Below, in pieces: positions 29,409-38,855 of a stretch of DNA of 64,000 nt. The stretch spans positions 3,541 through 67,540 of the forward strand of contig JBAYLE010000002.1 of assembly GCA_041664225.1 (NCBI GenBank). The letters run 5' to 3'. The position numbers and the translations under genes were made by a program. The number at the start of each line of letters is the position of its first letter. Position 1 is the stretch's first letter. This stretch comes from Parcubacteria group bacterium (GTDB lineage Bacteria > Patescibacteriota > Minisyncoccia > Moranbacterales > UBA2206). The notes beneath the pieces are model-generated. The model saw only the letters and a list, made by a program, of their open reading frames with translations. It did not search any database and was not told where the DNA came from.

Positions 29409-30513
29409 TTATTTTTTTAATTTCTTCTAAATATCGCAAAGCAATTTTGTCCCAAGTAAAATTATCTAGGACATATTGTCTCGCTTTTTGGCCAAACTCT
29501 GCCCGGAAATTGTCCTGGGTCAAAACTTCTTTAATTTTTGAAATCCAAGCCTCCGCGTTTTCATGTTCTACTGAAAATCCATTCTTTCCATCAATAATTG
29601 CATCTTTTAGCCCTTCAATATCTGAAGCCAAAACTACTCTTCCACAGGCCGCTCCTTCAATGGCGGTAATGCCAAAGCCCTCCATATAGCCGACAACTTT
29701 TACATTAGGTGAGATAAAAAGATCCGCACAATTGAGAAGAACCAACTTGCTTTTTTCATCAATGTCAGTAATCAGCCTGGCTCGATTTTCCAGGTCCAAT
29801 TCTCGGATGGCTTTCTCGCAAGCCGGGTATGTGTCTTTATTGCCAGCCGCCTTCGTTGAAACTCTGCCGCCCACCGCTACAAAAAAATAATCTTCCGGCA
29901 ACTTAGGCAAAACATTGCGCAAAAACCATTCGACTCCTTTATGCGGAACAAACCGCGCGATCCGTAAAATAACTTTTTTGCCAGCAATATCGATTCCCAG
30001 AACTTTAGTCATATCCTCGCGCAAACAAGAAATCGCCAACTCTTCCGGAATAATGCCGTTGGGAATAAAAACACAATGGTCACGACTGATTCCGATTTTT
30101 TCCGCCTCCTCAATAGTATGATTTCCAACCATAAACAGCTTGTCAATTTTTTTCATGGACGGAACATTCACGTATCTGTAAATTTTGGAAAGAATTCCAG
30201 TATTATGGACAAAAGTTATATCCAGACCATGCACGGTGCTAAAAAATTTTTTTCGCGGATAAATTATTTTCAAAACCGCTCCGATAGGGGACAGAACTCC
30301 GCTTCCCAAAAGGCACACGTCATACGACAGCATTAAAAAAAGAGACCGTAAAAACGTGACTGGCAAAAAAATTGGCAGCCATTTCTTTCCTTTTGTGTTG
30401 GCAATGATTTTGACCTCCGCGTGCTTTTTCAAGCCCCCCGACAAGTAATAGTTTTGTCTTTCCAGCCCGCCGAATGTCGGCGGAAAAGTATGAGAAATGT
30501 ATAAAATCTTCAT
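29398..30513 (-). CDS. GT4-family (GT-B) glycosyltransferase
   Basis: MKILYISHTFPPTFGGLERQ is a typical GT4 N-terminus. The C-terminal EGFGITAIEGAACGRVVLASDIEGL motif is present. Confidence 0.85.
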   Translation of the reverse strand: MKILYISHTFPPTFGGLERQNYYLSGGLKKHAEVKIIANTKGKKWLPIFLPVTFLRSLFLMLSYDVCLLGSGVLSPIGAVLKIIYPRKKFFSTVHGLDITFVHNTGILSKIYRYVNVPSMKKIDKLFMVGNHTIEEAEKIGISRDHCVFIPNGIIPEELAISCLREDMTKVLGIDIAGKKVILRIARFVPHKGVEWFLRNVLPKLPEDYFFVAVGGRVSTKAAGNKDTYPACEKAIRELDLENRARLITDIDEKSKLVLLNCADLFISPNVKVVGYMEGFGITAIEGAACGRVVLASDIEGLKDAIIDGKNGFSVEHENAEAWISKIKEVLTQDNFRAEFGQKARQYVLDNFTWDKIALRYLEEIKKIIDA

Positions 30514-30594
30514 AGGCCAAGTATACCTTAAATCGAACTATTTTTCAATACAAAAAGCCCCAGAATAAACCAGCGCTTTTTATCAAAAACATGC

Positions 30595-31575
30595 CTATTT
30601 TTTATACCTATCCTTCTTCCACTGATACATAAATTCCTCAGTGAGTTGTCGCGAGGATTTGACCATATCGGCAATAAGAGCAAAAACCACAAACTGCAAA
30701 CCAACCAGAAACAAAGCCACGCCGAAAATCAAGTAATTGCGATAAGGCGTGATTTTAAAATCTGGAAAATAATTATAGAGAAAAATAGCAAAGGAGATGA
30801 GCGATAAAAATATCAGAAACAGGCCCGGTACTCCAAAAAATTTCATCGGCCTAACATCGCGCACAGCTTTCAAAATAATTTTAGTTGAATTACTGACAAA
30901 TTTCCAGATAGATTTGGTCATTTTGGCTTCTCGGTCAGCATAGTAGGTGACCTCCACCGGAACCCATGCCAGTTTCAAGTTTTTGCCGATCGCGTCAATG
31001 ATCGTTTCTTGAGTATAGGTAAAATGAGTATTGGTAAGATTAAAACGAAGCATGGCTTCACGGCTATGCGCCCTAAAGCCACAGGTCAAATCATCCGTTT
31101 TGTAATTTAGAAAAAAGCCAATCAATCTCGCCGCGAACTTGTTTAAATTTTTCTTTATCCAAGGAATATCCTTCGCCTCAACACCGCCAAAACGATTAGC
31201 AATGACCATGTCTGATTTGCCATCCAAAATTGGCTCCAGAAGCTTGGGAATATCATATGGATTGAATTGTAAATCAGCATCAATATTTACCATCAAATCG
31301 GCTCCGTTTTCCAAGGCGCTTTCCACGTTTCTTTTGAAAGAATAGGCCAGGCGCCTATTGGGCTTGTAGGAAATGACGATATCCACACCGGCCTCGCGAG
31401 CATTTTGAACGGAATTATCCACAGATCCATCATCAACAATCTGAATAAGTTTTTCCGTTATAACAGAGCCTTTTTGCGAATAAAACGAATCATTAAAACT
31501 TTCTCTGATGGTTTTAATGGTTTTTCCGATATGCGCTTCTTCATTATATACTGGAATATTTACAATAAGTTTCAT
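30595..31575 (-). CDS. GT2-family polyprenyl-phosphate glycosyltransferase (DPM1/GtrB-like), second copy
   Basis: MKLIVNIPVYNEE...VDDGSVDNS...NIDADLQFNP are GT-A motifs, with two C-terminal TM helices. Confidence 0.85.
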   Translation of the reverse strand: MKLIVNIPVYNEEAHIGKTIKTIRESFNDSFYSQKGSVITEKLIQIVDDGSVDNSVQNAREAGVDIVISYKPNRRLAYSFKRNVESALENGADLMVNIDADLQFNPYDIPKLLEPILDGKSDMVIANRFGGVEAKDIPWIKKNLNKFAARLIGFFLNYKTDDLTCGFRAHSREAMLRFNLTNTHFTYTQETIIDAIGKNLKLAWVPVEVTYYADREAKMTKSIWKFVSNSTKIILKAVRDVRPMKFFGVPGLFLIFLSLISFAIFLYNYFPDFKITPYRNYLIFGVALFLVGLQFVVFALIADMVKSSRQLTEEFMYQWKKDRYKK

Positions 31576-31581
31576 GTTTTA

Positions 31582-31812
31582 TCATTTCTTTTTAATAATT
31601 AGGCCTGGGTCAGTACAATTAAAATCACACGTAGCATTTTTCGTACCCTGTTCAACAAGATTCTTAGCGCATTCATTCAACCTTTCCTGACATTTAGCCT
31701 TGCTTTCATCGAAATAATTACGATTAATTTCATAGCCAAAATAGTTCAACACAAAAAGCGCAACAACCACGAAACCAACAATCCAAATTATACCCTTGAT
31801 AATACTGAACAT
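31582..31812 (-). CDS. Small membrane-anchored Cys-rich protein (76 aa)
   Basis: It has an N-terminal TM helix and C-terminal C-x7-C...C-x3-C. It lies 6 nt upstream of GT2 on the same strand. Confidence 0.4.
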   Translation of the reverse strand: MFSIIKGIIWIVGFVVVALFVLNYFGYEINRNYFDESKAKCQERLNECAKNLVEQGTKNATCDFNCTDPGLIIKKK

Positions 31813-31857
31813 TTTTTATTTTGTTAATTTTTATCTTTTGTTTAAGCCTTTCTTAAA

Positions 31858-31892
31858 AAAACTAAGGGGTATAATACCATAAAAGCATTATA
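31858..31892 (-). terminator. Terminator-like hairpin downstream of the nucleotide-sugar dehydrogenase gene
   Basis: Minus strand: AAGGGTATAAT-gcttttatggt-ATTATACCCCTT followed by AGTTTTTTT. Confidence 0.5.
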
Positions 31893-31932
31893 CCCTTATT
31901 CAAATTTTCCGACAAGTTTCATTTTTCCCAAA

Positions 31933-33387
31933 TTAGCGGCCAATTCCAGCATAAACTATTCCGGCTGCGCGGATAGCTTTTTTATCCAAACAATTTCGAC
32001 CATCGATAATCACTTTAATGCCGTTTTTTACGAAATCTTCTACTGGAATATTTTTGAATACTTTGTGATCGGTTACAACAACCAGCGCCTCTGATCTTGA
32101 AAGAATCTCATCTAAATCTTTGGCAGTTGAAATTGACGGCATTGTTGCAATGTATGGATCAAATGCCATCAAGTCAGCGTCCATTTTTTTAATTTTATCA
32201 ATGATGCGGATCGCGGGACTTTCACGCAAATCCCCGACATCGGCTTTATAGGAAATTCCCAGAACGCCAACCTTTGTACCTTTAACCGCTTTTTCAACTT
32301 CATTCAGCTTGTTCTGTAGCATTTCCACTGTGTAGTCTGCCATTCCATCATTGATATGTCTGGCCGCAGAAAGAAACTTGTGCTCAAAACCATTCTCTTT
32401 GGCTTTTTCGATCATGTAATATGGATCGACTGGAATGCAATGTCCGCCGACGCCACAACCTGGTCGGTGAGGCATGAAAGCATACGGTTTTGAAGCTGCT
32501 CCCTTGATCACGTTGGTAATGTCAATTCCGAAGCGAGCATACGACATCGCCATTTCGTTTACAAAAGCGATATTGATGTCTCGGAAAGAATTCTCCAAAA
32601 TTTTCACCGCCTCCGCCTCTCGGATATTTTCCATCGGCACTATTTCGCCAGTGACAATTGTTTTATAAAATTCCAAAGATCGTCTCAGGCCTTCTTCATC
32701 CATCGAGCCAAGAACGCGGGGGAGATTGGAAACATTCCAACCCTTATATTCATCCCCGGGATTGATACGTTCCGGACAGTGAGAAATAAAAACATCTTTT
32801 CCAACAACATATCCAGCTTTTTCAAAAATCGGTGCCACAACATCTTCACTCACACCCGGGTTAACGGTTGATTCCAAAACAACCAGCACATCTTTTTTCA
32901 TGTTTTCAGCGATGGTCTTGCACGCGTTTATCACCGGATCCAAAATAGGATAATGTTTTTCGTTTACTGGCGTCGGTACGCAGATGATAAAAATGTCCAT
33001 CATCTTCATCAGACGCGGATCACTGAAGGTGTTTATCTTGACCCTTGGAAGCAATTCTTCCAGAAGTTCTTCACGAAGAAAGTTAACTTTTTGATCGATG
33101 AGTTTGAGTTTTTCCAAATCCGTATCAAAACCATAAACTTCATAGCCCTTACTAGCTGTCACTGCCGCCAGGGGATAACCAACATAGCCCATACCGACAA
33201 CACAAACGACCGGCTTCGCGGAAGTCGATTTGGTGTCGCCAGAAGATTTGATCACACTATTTTCCCGGAGCAATTGGTCCAGCTTAGCGTTGATTTCTTC
33301 TATTTCATTTTTCTCAATATTTGTTGACATAAGGCGTAAGTTTTTACATTCTACTATGTGTCGGATAGGGTAGTCAAATGTTTCCAA
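31933..33387 (-). CDS. Nucleotide-sugar dehydrogenase (UDP-N-acetyl-D-mannosamine/glucosamine dehydrogenase-like, WecC/WbpA type)
   Basis: VVCVVGMGYVGYPLA is a Rossmann motif. The catalytic Cys region GCGVGGHCIPVDP is present. The first ATG gives a 60-aa N-terminal extension, and an alternative start lies at the internal Met near 33327. Confidence 0.85.
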   Translation of the reverse strand: METFDYPIRHIVECKNLRLMSTNIEKNEIEEINAKLDQLLRENSVIKSSGDTKSTSAKPVVCVVGMGYVGYPLAAVTASKGYEVYGFDTDLEKLKLIDQKVNFLREELLEELLPRVKINTFSDPRLMKMMDIFIICVPTPVNEKHYPILDPVINACKTIAENMKKDVLVVLESTVNPGVSEDVVAPIFEKAGYVVGKDVFISHCPERINPGDEYKGWNVSNLPRVLGSMDEEGLRRSLEFYKTIVTGEIVPMENIREAEAVKILENSFRDINIAFVNEMAMSYARFGIDITNVIKGAASKPYAFMPHRPGCGVGGHCIPVDPYYMIEKAKENGFEHKFLSAARHINDGMADYTVEMLQNKLNEVEKAVKGTKVGVLGISYKADVGDLRESPAIRIIDKIKKMDADLMAFDPYIATMPSISTAKDLDEILSRSEALVVVTDHKVFKNIPVEDFVKNGIKVIIDGRNCLDKKAIRAAGIVYAGIGR

Positions 33388-33552
33388 ATGTTGCCATTTC
33401 TACCGAACAACATACCTTAGCAGGGATGTTAAATTTTGTCAAGAGTAAAGGCATATTTAGGCAGGTATTTTTTATAATTCAAATTTCTTGAAGTTTTTGA
33501 TTATGATCTAGGGCTTTATACAAGCCACTTCTACCAAGCCAAGGCCGAGCCA

Positions 33553-33581
33553 TTGACAAAACGCTAATTTAGGCATATAAT
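33553..33581 (+). promoter_or_regulatory. Consensus sigma70-type promoter driving the GC-rich oxidoreductase gene
   Basis: TTGACA (33553-33558), a 17-nt spacer, then TATAAT (33576-33581). A strong SD (GAGGAGGA) lies 6 nt before the ATG at 33675. Confidence 0.6.
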
Positions 33582-33674
33582 GAATGGTTCTGAATAAGGA
33601 AAGGTATTTGTCAACAAAATAACGAAACATTAAACCCAGCCGTATAGCTGGACATATCAGATGAGGAGGATCAC

Positions 33675-34784
33675 ATGAAGAAAGGAAAGATTTTACTTGT
33701 AGGAGCAGGAGGACAGATGGGCGGTTATTATATGAACGCTCTGCTCAATGACTTGGGAATACCCCCATGTCAGATCGTCGCAGTCGATATCGACCCCGAC
33801 AAGATCGCGAAGTTTCGGGAGAAATATCCGGATGTCACGATCATAAGCAACCTGGACGAAGAAGTTGATATCCACGAAGGATTTCTGGCGGTAAAGCCGG
33901 CATCAGGCATCAAGACGGCCATCGTCACGACCTACACGCCGTCGCATCACCTCGTGATCGTAGACCTTATCAAGCGGGGAGTGGAGAACATCTTCACGGA
34001 AAAACCGCTTGCGCTCGACAGCGACAAGGTGGCCTACATCAGGGCCAACATGAAGCCCAACACGAAAATTTACACCGCCTTCTTGATCAATTTTTCCGGC
34101 GGGGTAAAGTTCGTCGAGGATTTCATGATAAAGGAAGAGCTTTATCTTTCAGAGGCTTTTGTCAACTGGGGCAAAGACAGGACAGGTGACAATCGTCCGA
34201 CTCCTGGCGATCTCGAAGACGAGAGCGTGCACGGCATCGGGGTTGTGCATATTCTGTCAAGGATCAATCAAACCGTGAAAAACATCAGGATCATGGCAAA
34301 CCTCTCATATCTGGACTATGTCGATCCGATCGTTCAGGCCAAGGCTCATGGGATGGACGAATCTTTCCCGCTGCCGGCGGATGTGAACTCCAGTTCCTTC
34401 ATATCGGAAACGATTGAAACGAACAGGGGCACGATCTTAGCTGGGACGAGAAGTTCATACGTCAATATCCAGCAGGTGAGACAAATGAATCTCATTCTGA
34501 GCGGCATCGCATCAGGAAAGCCTGAGTATTTGATCGAGATCAACTTCGACACCAAAGAGGGCGATGTCCTTCTGGTGAAAAAGACCGGCGCGAAAGAAAT
34601 CGCAATACACGCTTTCGCTGGCAACAAGAAGATAACCGAGGAAACGCATGCATTCCTGAAAGTCGTTGCCGGGCAGGCACAGGATCCGCGGCTAACCGAC
34701 TTTGCTGCCGCTGAAACCGCTGTCGTGGTTTCTGACGCAGTAAAGAAAAGTCACCGCACAAACACAATGGTGACAGTCGTATAA
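33675..34784 (+). CDS. Gfo/Idh/MocA-family NAD(P)-dependent oxidoreductase (probable sugar / nucleotide-sugar dehydrogenase); compositionally foreign
   Basis: ILLVGAGGQMGGYY is a Rossmann motif, and the EKP hallmark (IFTEKPLAL) is present. The gene is about 52% GC versus about 36% in the flanks. Confidence 0.6.
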   Translation: MKKGKILLVGAGGQMGGYYMNALLNDLGIPPCQIVAVDIDPDKIAKFREKYPDVTIISNLDEEVDIHEGFLAVKPASGIKTAIVTTYTPSHHLVIVDLIKRGVENIFTEKPLALDSDKVAYIRANMKPNTKIYTAFLINFSGGVKFVEDFMIKEELYLSEAFVNWGKDRTGDNRPTPGDLEDESVHGIGVVHILSRINQTVKNIRIMANLSYLDYVDPIVQAKAHGMDESFPLPADVNSSSFISETIETNRGTILAGTRSSYVNIQQVRQMNLILSGIASGKPEYLIEINFDTKEGDVLLVKKTGAKEIAIHAFAGNKKITEETHAFLKVVAGQAQDPRLTDFAAAETAVVVSDAVKKSHRTNTMVTVV

Positions 34785-34798
34785 GTACGCTGTTATCG

Positions 34799-34850
34799 AA
34801 GGGATGGTTAGCTCAAGCTAGTTCTATGAGCGCCATCCCTTTTTTTATTT
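34799..34850 (+). terminator. Terminator of the GC-rich gene
   Basis: AGGGATGG...CCATCCCT, an 8-bp stem with a long loop, followed by TTTTTTTATTTTT. Confidence 0.55.
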
Positions 34851-34902
34851 TTATAAATTTGATATAATACAAATATAATGAACGTGCTAAAAACATTACG
34901 AA

Positions 34903-35643
34903 ATGGATAAAAATGAAAAAACTCGCTGGGAAACCAGAGGAATCATTAAAGGAAGAGTTCCTATGGCATACACCGAACAAGAAATTCCCGGAAAAATTTT
35001 GTATAGTGACGCGGAATCAGAAAATGTTAGTAGAAAGTCTTGTGATATGTTGAGTTGGATTAATCAAAGTATGTCTCCCGGTAAAAAATTACTGGATATT
35101 GGCTCCGGACCCGGTCACCTCGAGTATTGGAATATGAAAATAAATAAGCCGCCTTTTGATATTACTATCTATGATCAATCATCATACTTTTTAAACATTG
35201 CTCAAGAAAAAATTCCTAATCTAAAAGCAGTCAAGGCAGATTTACCACATCTTCCTTTTCCTGATAATCAATTTGATGGAGTTATTTGCATCGATATACT
35301 TGAACATATATATCCTGAAACCGCCCTTCAAACAGTATACGAATCATTCAGAATTTTAAAACCCGGAGGCTGGATATTTATTTCTATACCCAACAGGCAT
35401 ACTTGGACACGCGTCTACTTTAATGTTATAAGACATGTTTGGCTCGCCTCAAGAAAAGAGATAAGAGCATTATTGGAAACGGCTGGGTTTGACGAAAAAA
35501 CAATACACATAAAAACCAGGGGATTTCCAGGTGCAAATACCTATCACGAACTGACCCGGAAAGTAGCCGGAAAGGCAAGTGATTTTTATTTACCCTGTGG
35601 CGGATCCGTCATCCTCGCAAACGCACAAAAACCAACTAATTAA
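34903..35643 (+). CDS. Class I SAM-dependent methyltransferase
   Basis: LLDIGSGPGHL is motif I. FDGVICIDILEHI and ILKPGGWIFIS are motifs II and III. Confidence 0.75.
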   Translation: MDKNEKTRWETRGIIKGRVPMAYTEQEIPGKILYSDAESENVSRKSCDMLSWINQSMSPGKKLLDIGSGPGHLEYWNMKINKPPFDITIYDQSSYFLNIAQEKIPNLKAVKADLPHLPFPDNQFDGVICIDILEHIYPETALQTVYESFRILKPGGWIFISIPNRHTWTRVYFNVIRHVWLASRKEIRALLETAGFDEKTIHIKTRGFPGANTYHELTRKVAGKASDFYLPCGGSVILANAQKPTN

Positions 35644-35668
35644 ATTTAATTATATAATATAGAAAAAC

Positions 35669-36559
35669 ATGAAGAAAATTAATGCTCTAATTACGGGGGG
35701 AAGCGGATTCATTGGAAGTCATCTAACAGATACTCTTACGAAGTCCGGTTTTAATGTCACAATTTTTGATATTAAGAAACCTACCCAAAAAAATAATGCT
35801 AGAGTTAAATTTGTCCGTGGTGACATAACAAATAAAAATGCACTGATAAAGGCCCTTAAAAACCAGGATTATGTTTTTCATCTGGCGGCTCTTATGGGGA
35901 CCAGTGAGTTGCTTCAGTGTTCAGATAGAGCGGTGCACATAAACATTGAAGGCACTGTGAATGTACTTGAAGCATGCAAAAAACAAAGTGTTAAGGCTAT
36001 TATCTTATCGAAACCGCATGCATGGTTAAATACTTACACCATAACGAAGCAAGCCGCCGAAAAATTTGCTTGGATGTATAAAAATGAGTTTGGCATACAA
36101 GTAGCAATTGTAAAATTTTTTAATGTTTACGGGCCCAACGAGCCGGCCGGGAAGCGAGCTCCATACCGCAAGGCTGTACCTACTTTTATTTTAAATGGTT
36201 TAGCTGGAAAGAATATTGAAATTTATGGTGATGGAAAACAAACTGCTGATTTTGTCTATGTGACTGACGCTGTTCGAGCGCTTGCAATGGTTGCAAAAAA
36301 TTGGAATAAATGTGAAGGAAAAACACTCGAGGCTGGAAGTGGAATTAAAACTTCCGTAAACAACCTTGCCTCCATCATCCGTAAGCTTACTGGAAACAAA
36401 TCAGAAATAATTCATGTGCCAATGAGACCAGGAGAAATTTCTGGGACACACGTCTTAGCAAAATCTGGTCTTTTGAAAAAGATCACTGGTTGGAAATGCG
36501 AAGTTAGTTTTGAAGATGGATTAAAACAGACCATAGATTGGTACAAAAAGACTATTTAA
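35669..36559 (+). CDS. NAD-dependent epimerase/dehydratase (extended SDR; UDP-sugar 4-epimerase-like)
   Basis: ALITGGSGFIGSHL is the GxxGxxG motif. The catalytic YxxxK is in YTITKQAAEK. Confidence 0.85.
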   Translation: MKKINALITGGSGFIGSHLTDTLTKSGFNVTIFDIKKPTQKNNARVKFVRGDITNKNALIKALKNQDYVFHLAALMGTSELLQCSDRAVHINIEGTVNVLEACKKQSVKAIILSKPHAWLNTYTITKQAAEKFAWMYKNEFGIQVAIVKFFNVYGPNEPAGKRAPYRKAVPTFILNGLAGKNIEIYGDGKQTADFVYVTDAVRALAMVAKNWNKCEGKTLEAGSGIKTSVNNLASIIRKLTGNKSEIIHVPMRPGEISGTHVLAKSGLLKKITGWKCEVSFEDGLKQTIDWYKKTI

Positions 36560-36569
36560 ATTTAAAAAT

Positions 36570-37139
36570 TTGAATAAGAAAAAACCGTGGTCGACATTAT
36601 CATCTAAAATTATTCATAAAAATGAACGTTTTTATGTTTCCCATGAAAAATTTGCGCTACCCGGAGGGAAAACTGGAGACTATTATTTTTTCAATACTGT
36701 GCAAGGCACCAACAAATCCGTCCTAGTGATACCGATCATCAAGGATGAAATTTTGTTGATAAAACAATACCGCTATCTGACAAAAAATTGGTCACTGGAA
36801 ATTCCCGGCGGAGGCGTAAAAAAAGATTCGACATTTCTAAAAACCGCTCAAAAAGAATTGTGTGAAGAGGTTGGGTATAAAGCAAAAAAATTCCGCCTTA
36901 TCGGACGCTTCGACCCATACACGAGCAAATCAAAAGAAATTTGCTCGGTTTATTTGGCAACAGATTTATCTTTTGTCGGCCAGAAGCTAGATGACGAGGA
37001 ACACGGCTCAGAAGTCGTCAGAATAAAAATCAAGAAACTGTATCAGCTTGTTGATAAGGGAGAAATTACCTCCGGTCCGATTCTGGCCGCCTTAGCCTTG
37101 GCTAACAAAAAATTGTTGCAAGATTCAATTTTAAAATAG
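36570..37139 (+). CDS. NUDIX hydrolase (ADP-ribose / nucleotide-sugar pyrophosphatase-like)
   Basis: The Nudix box is GGGVKKDSTFLKTAQKELCEEVGY (G-x5-E-x7-REUxEExGU pattern). Confidence 0.8.
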   Translation: MNKKKPWSTLSSKIIHKNERFYVSHEKFALPGGKTGDYYFFNTVQGTNKSVLVIPIIKDEILLIKQYRYLTKNWSLEIPGGGVKKDSTFLKTAQKELCEEVGYKAKKFRLIGRFDPYTSKSKEICSVYLATDLSFVGQKLDDEEHGSEVVRIKIKKLYQLVDKGEITSGPILAALALANKKLLQDSILK

Positions 37140-37151
37140 TATACCTGTTCT

Positions 37152-38060
37152 ATGTGGATTTTGTATTCCTTAATTGGAGCGTTTTCACAGGCGCTAGGAG
37201 CAGCTTTCAAAAAGAAAGCTCTGCAAACACCTGGGATGAACAACGTCATTGGTTTCATATCGTTTGCATTTGCCGGAATAATATTTTGGCTGCTATATTT
37301 TTCGAACACTGAAACTTTTTGGATAGAAAATTTAAGCCATCGCTTTTGGGGGGCCATGTTTTGGTATGCCGGACTTAATATCATAGCTGCTTGGTTTTTG
37401 TATCGCGCCCTTGATTTGGCGGAATTCAACCATCTGATGCCGTTTATGACGCTAACCTCACTGACGCTTATTATCCCGCCCATATTTATTTTGGGCGAAG
37501 TACCGTCACTGGTAAGCATTCTCGGAATAATCCTTATCGTTTCTGGGGTGCTGTATATTAATTACAATCCGAGTAAGGTTGGCCAGCCAACGCAATCAGA
37601 CGATCAACGCAAAGCGAACCGCAAGGGCGTGTTGTATTTTTTGGTAACCGCCATTTGTTATACTATTACACCGACCGCTGCAAAAATAACCGTGCAAGAA
37701 AGTTCCGCGATGTTTGCCTCTGCAATTGTGCACCTTCTGGTTGGGCTTGGTTTTTTGGGAATGATTATTGCATTGCGTGAATTGCCAAGATTATCTGCGG
37801 TACTCCGACGGCCTACATATAGAAAACTGTTTCTGGCAATACTCGTGACGGGAATAATAATAGTTTTTGAAAATGGAAGTATTAATACCGCGCTAAGCAC
37901 CACATCAGTTGCTTATGTCTTCGCAATCAAACGACTGATGCCGTTCTTCGCTTTTTTGATCGGCTTGTTCTATTTTAAAGAGAAAACAGATCTCAAAAAG
38001 AAGATTTTGGCCACCGCGCTGATGGTCGCTGGAGCGGTTATCGTAACTTTATTCGGGTGA
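37152..38060 (+). CDS. EamA/DMT-family transporter (10 TM helices)
   Basis: It shows the two EamA repeats and the hydrophobic profile. Other members of this family transport sugar-nucleotide or lipid-linked-sugar substrates. Confidence 0.75.
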   Translation: MWILYSLIGAFSQALGAAFKKKALQTPGMNNVIGFISFAFAGIIFWLLYFSNTETFWIENLSHRFWGAMFWYAGLNIIAAWFLYRALDLAEFNHLMPFMTLTSLTLIIPPIFILGEVPSLVSILGIILIVSGVLYINYNPSKVGQPTQSDDQRKANRKGVLYFLVTAICYTITPTAAKITVQESSAMFASAIVHLLVGLGFLGMIIALRELPRLSAVLRRPTYRKLFLAILVTGIIIVFENGSINTALSTTSVAYVFAIKRLMPFFAFLIGLFYFKEKTDLKKKILATALMVAGAVIVTLFG

Positions 38061-38320
38061 GACCTTGCCAGACATGCCCTTAGAAAAAACTTATTTTATT
38101 GCAAATCCTTTAAAGATTTCAGGGGCTTTAAATAAGCCTTTTTTTATTTAACCGCTGGGTCTTGACAAACTAGTTTTTTTATGCAACAATAGACGGTTGC
38201 ACATTAACAATCTTTGCCTAGCGTTTAAAACGCTTGAAGTTATATAAAAAAAGGGCATCACGCTGATATATAGCGTAGTAATGATAATTATATCCAAGTA
38301 ATTCAAAGGAGGGATATACC

Positions 38321-38776
38321 GTGAAAAAGATTTATTTACTAGTAGTGTCAATGCTATTGGGGGGCTTATTAGGAGGGTTTATATTTGGAGTTTCAGAGAG
38401 CATATTGAACCACGTCTTTCATGTCAACGAGATATTTGCATCCATTATTAGTTTAATAGCCATTGCAGTAATCGTAATGTTGTTGTTAAAAAAATATGGA
38501 TATGAATATATTGAAGAAAAAACGATTGACATGTCTGTTATGAATGTAATCAATCAGTTTCCCCTAGAATCTACTCGCAAAGAGTTAATTCAAGGGATTA
38601 ACAGGATTGATCAAAAAGAGCTGAAAAGCTACGATGGCTCAGAGTCAGGACTTGCTTTGAGTAATTCGCTCAACATCCTTAAGCAAGTGCTCCAAAATGA
38701 AAAGACGCCTACTTCAGATGTTCTCGCTATAAAAAGCTTCATCGAGACGCTCGAAAAGTCATGTGACTTAATCTGA
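38321..38776 (+). CDS. Membrane-anchored hypothetical protein (151 aa), GTG start
   Basis: A strong SD (AAGGAGG) lies 7 nt upstream of the GTG. There are two N-terminal TM helices and a soluble C-terminus. A terminator follows. Confidence 0.5.
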   Translation: MKKIYLLVVSMLLGGLLGGFIFGVSESILNHVFHVNEIFASIISLIAIAVIVMLLLKKYGYEYIEEKTIDMSVMNVINQFPLESTRKELIQGINRIDQKELKSYDGSESGLALSNSLNILKQVLQNEKTPTSDVLAIKSFIETLEKSCDLI

Positions 38777-38786
38777 AAAAGGACCC

Positions 38787-38830
38787 ACCCGCGGCGGAGA
38801 GGTTTTCTCTCTTCCGCGGTTTTTATTTTG
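38787..38830 (+). terminator. Rho-independent terminator
   Basis: CCGCGGCGGAGAGG-tttt-CTCTCTTCCGCGG followed by TTTTTATTTTG. Confidence 0.75.
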
Positions 38831-38855
38831 TTTCAAAATAAAGTATAATTAAATC

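Noticed and set aside
34346-34767. Two minus-strand ORFs (93 and 75 aa) inside the GC-rich oxidoreductase gene
   Set aside because: Elevated GC removes stop codons on the antisense strand. Their R/P-rich translations and full containment in the Gfo/Idh/MocA CDS argue against them.
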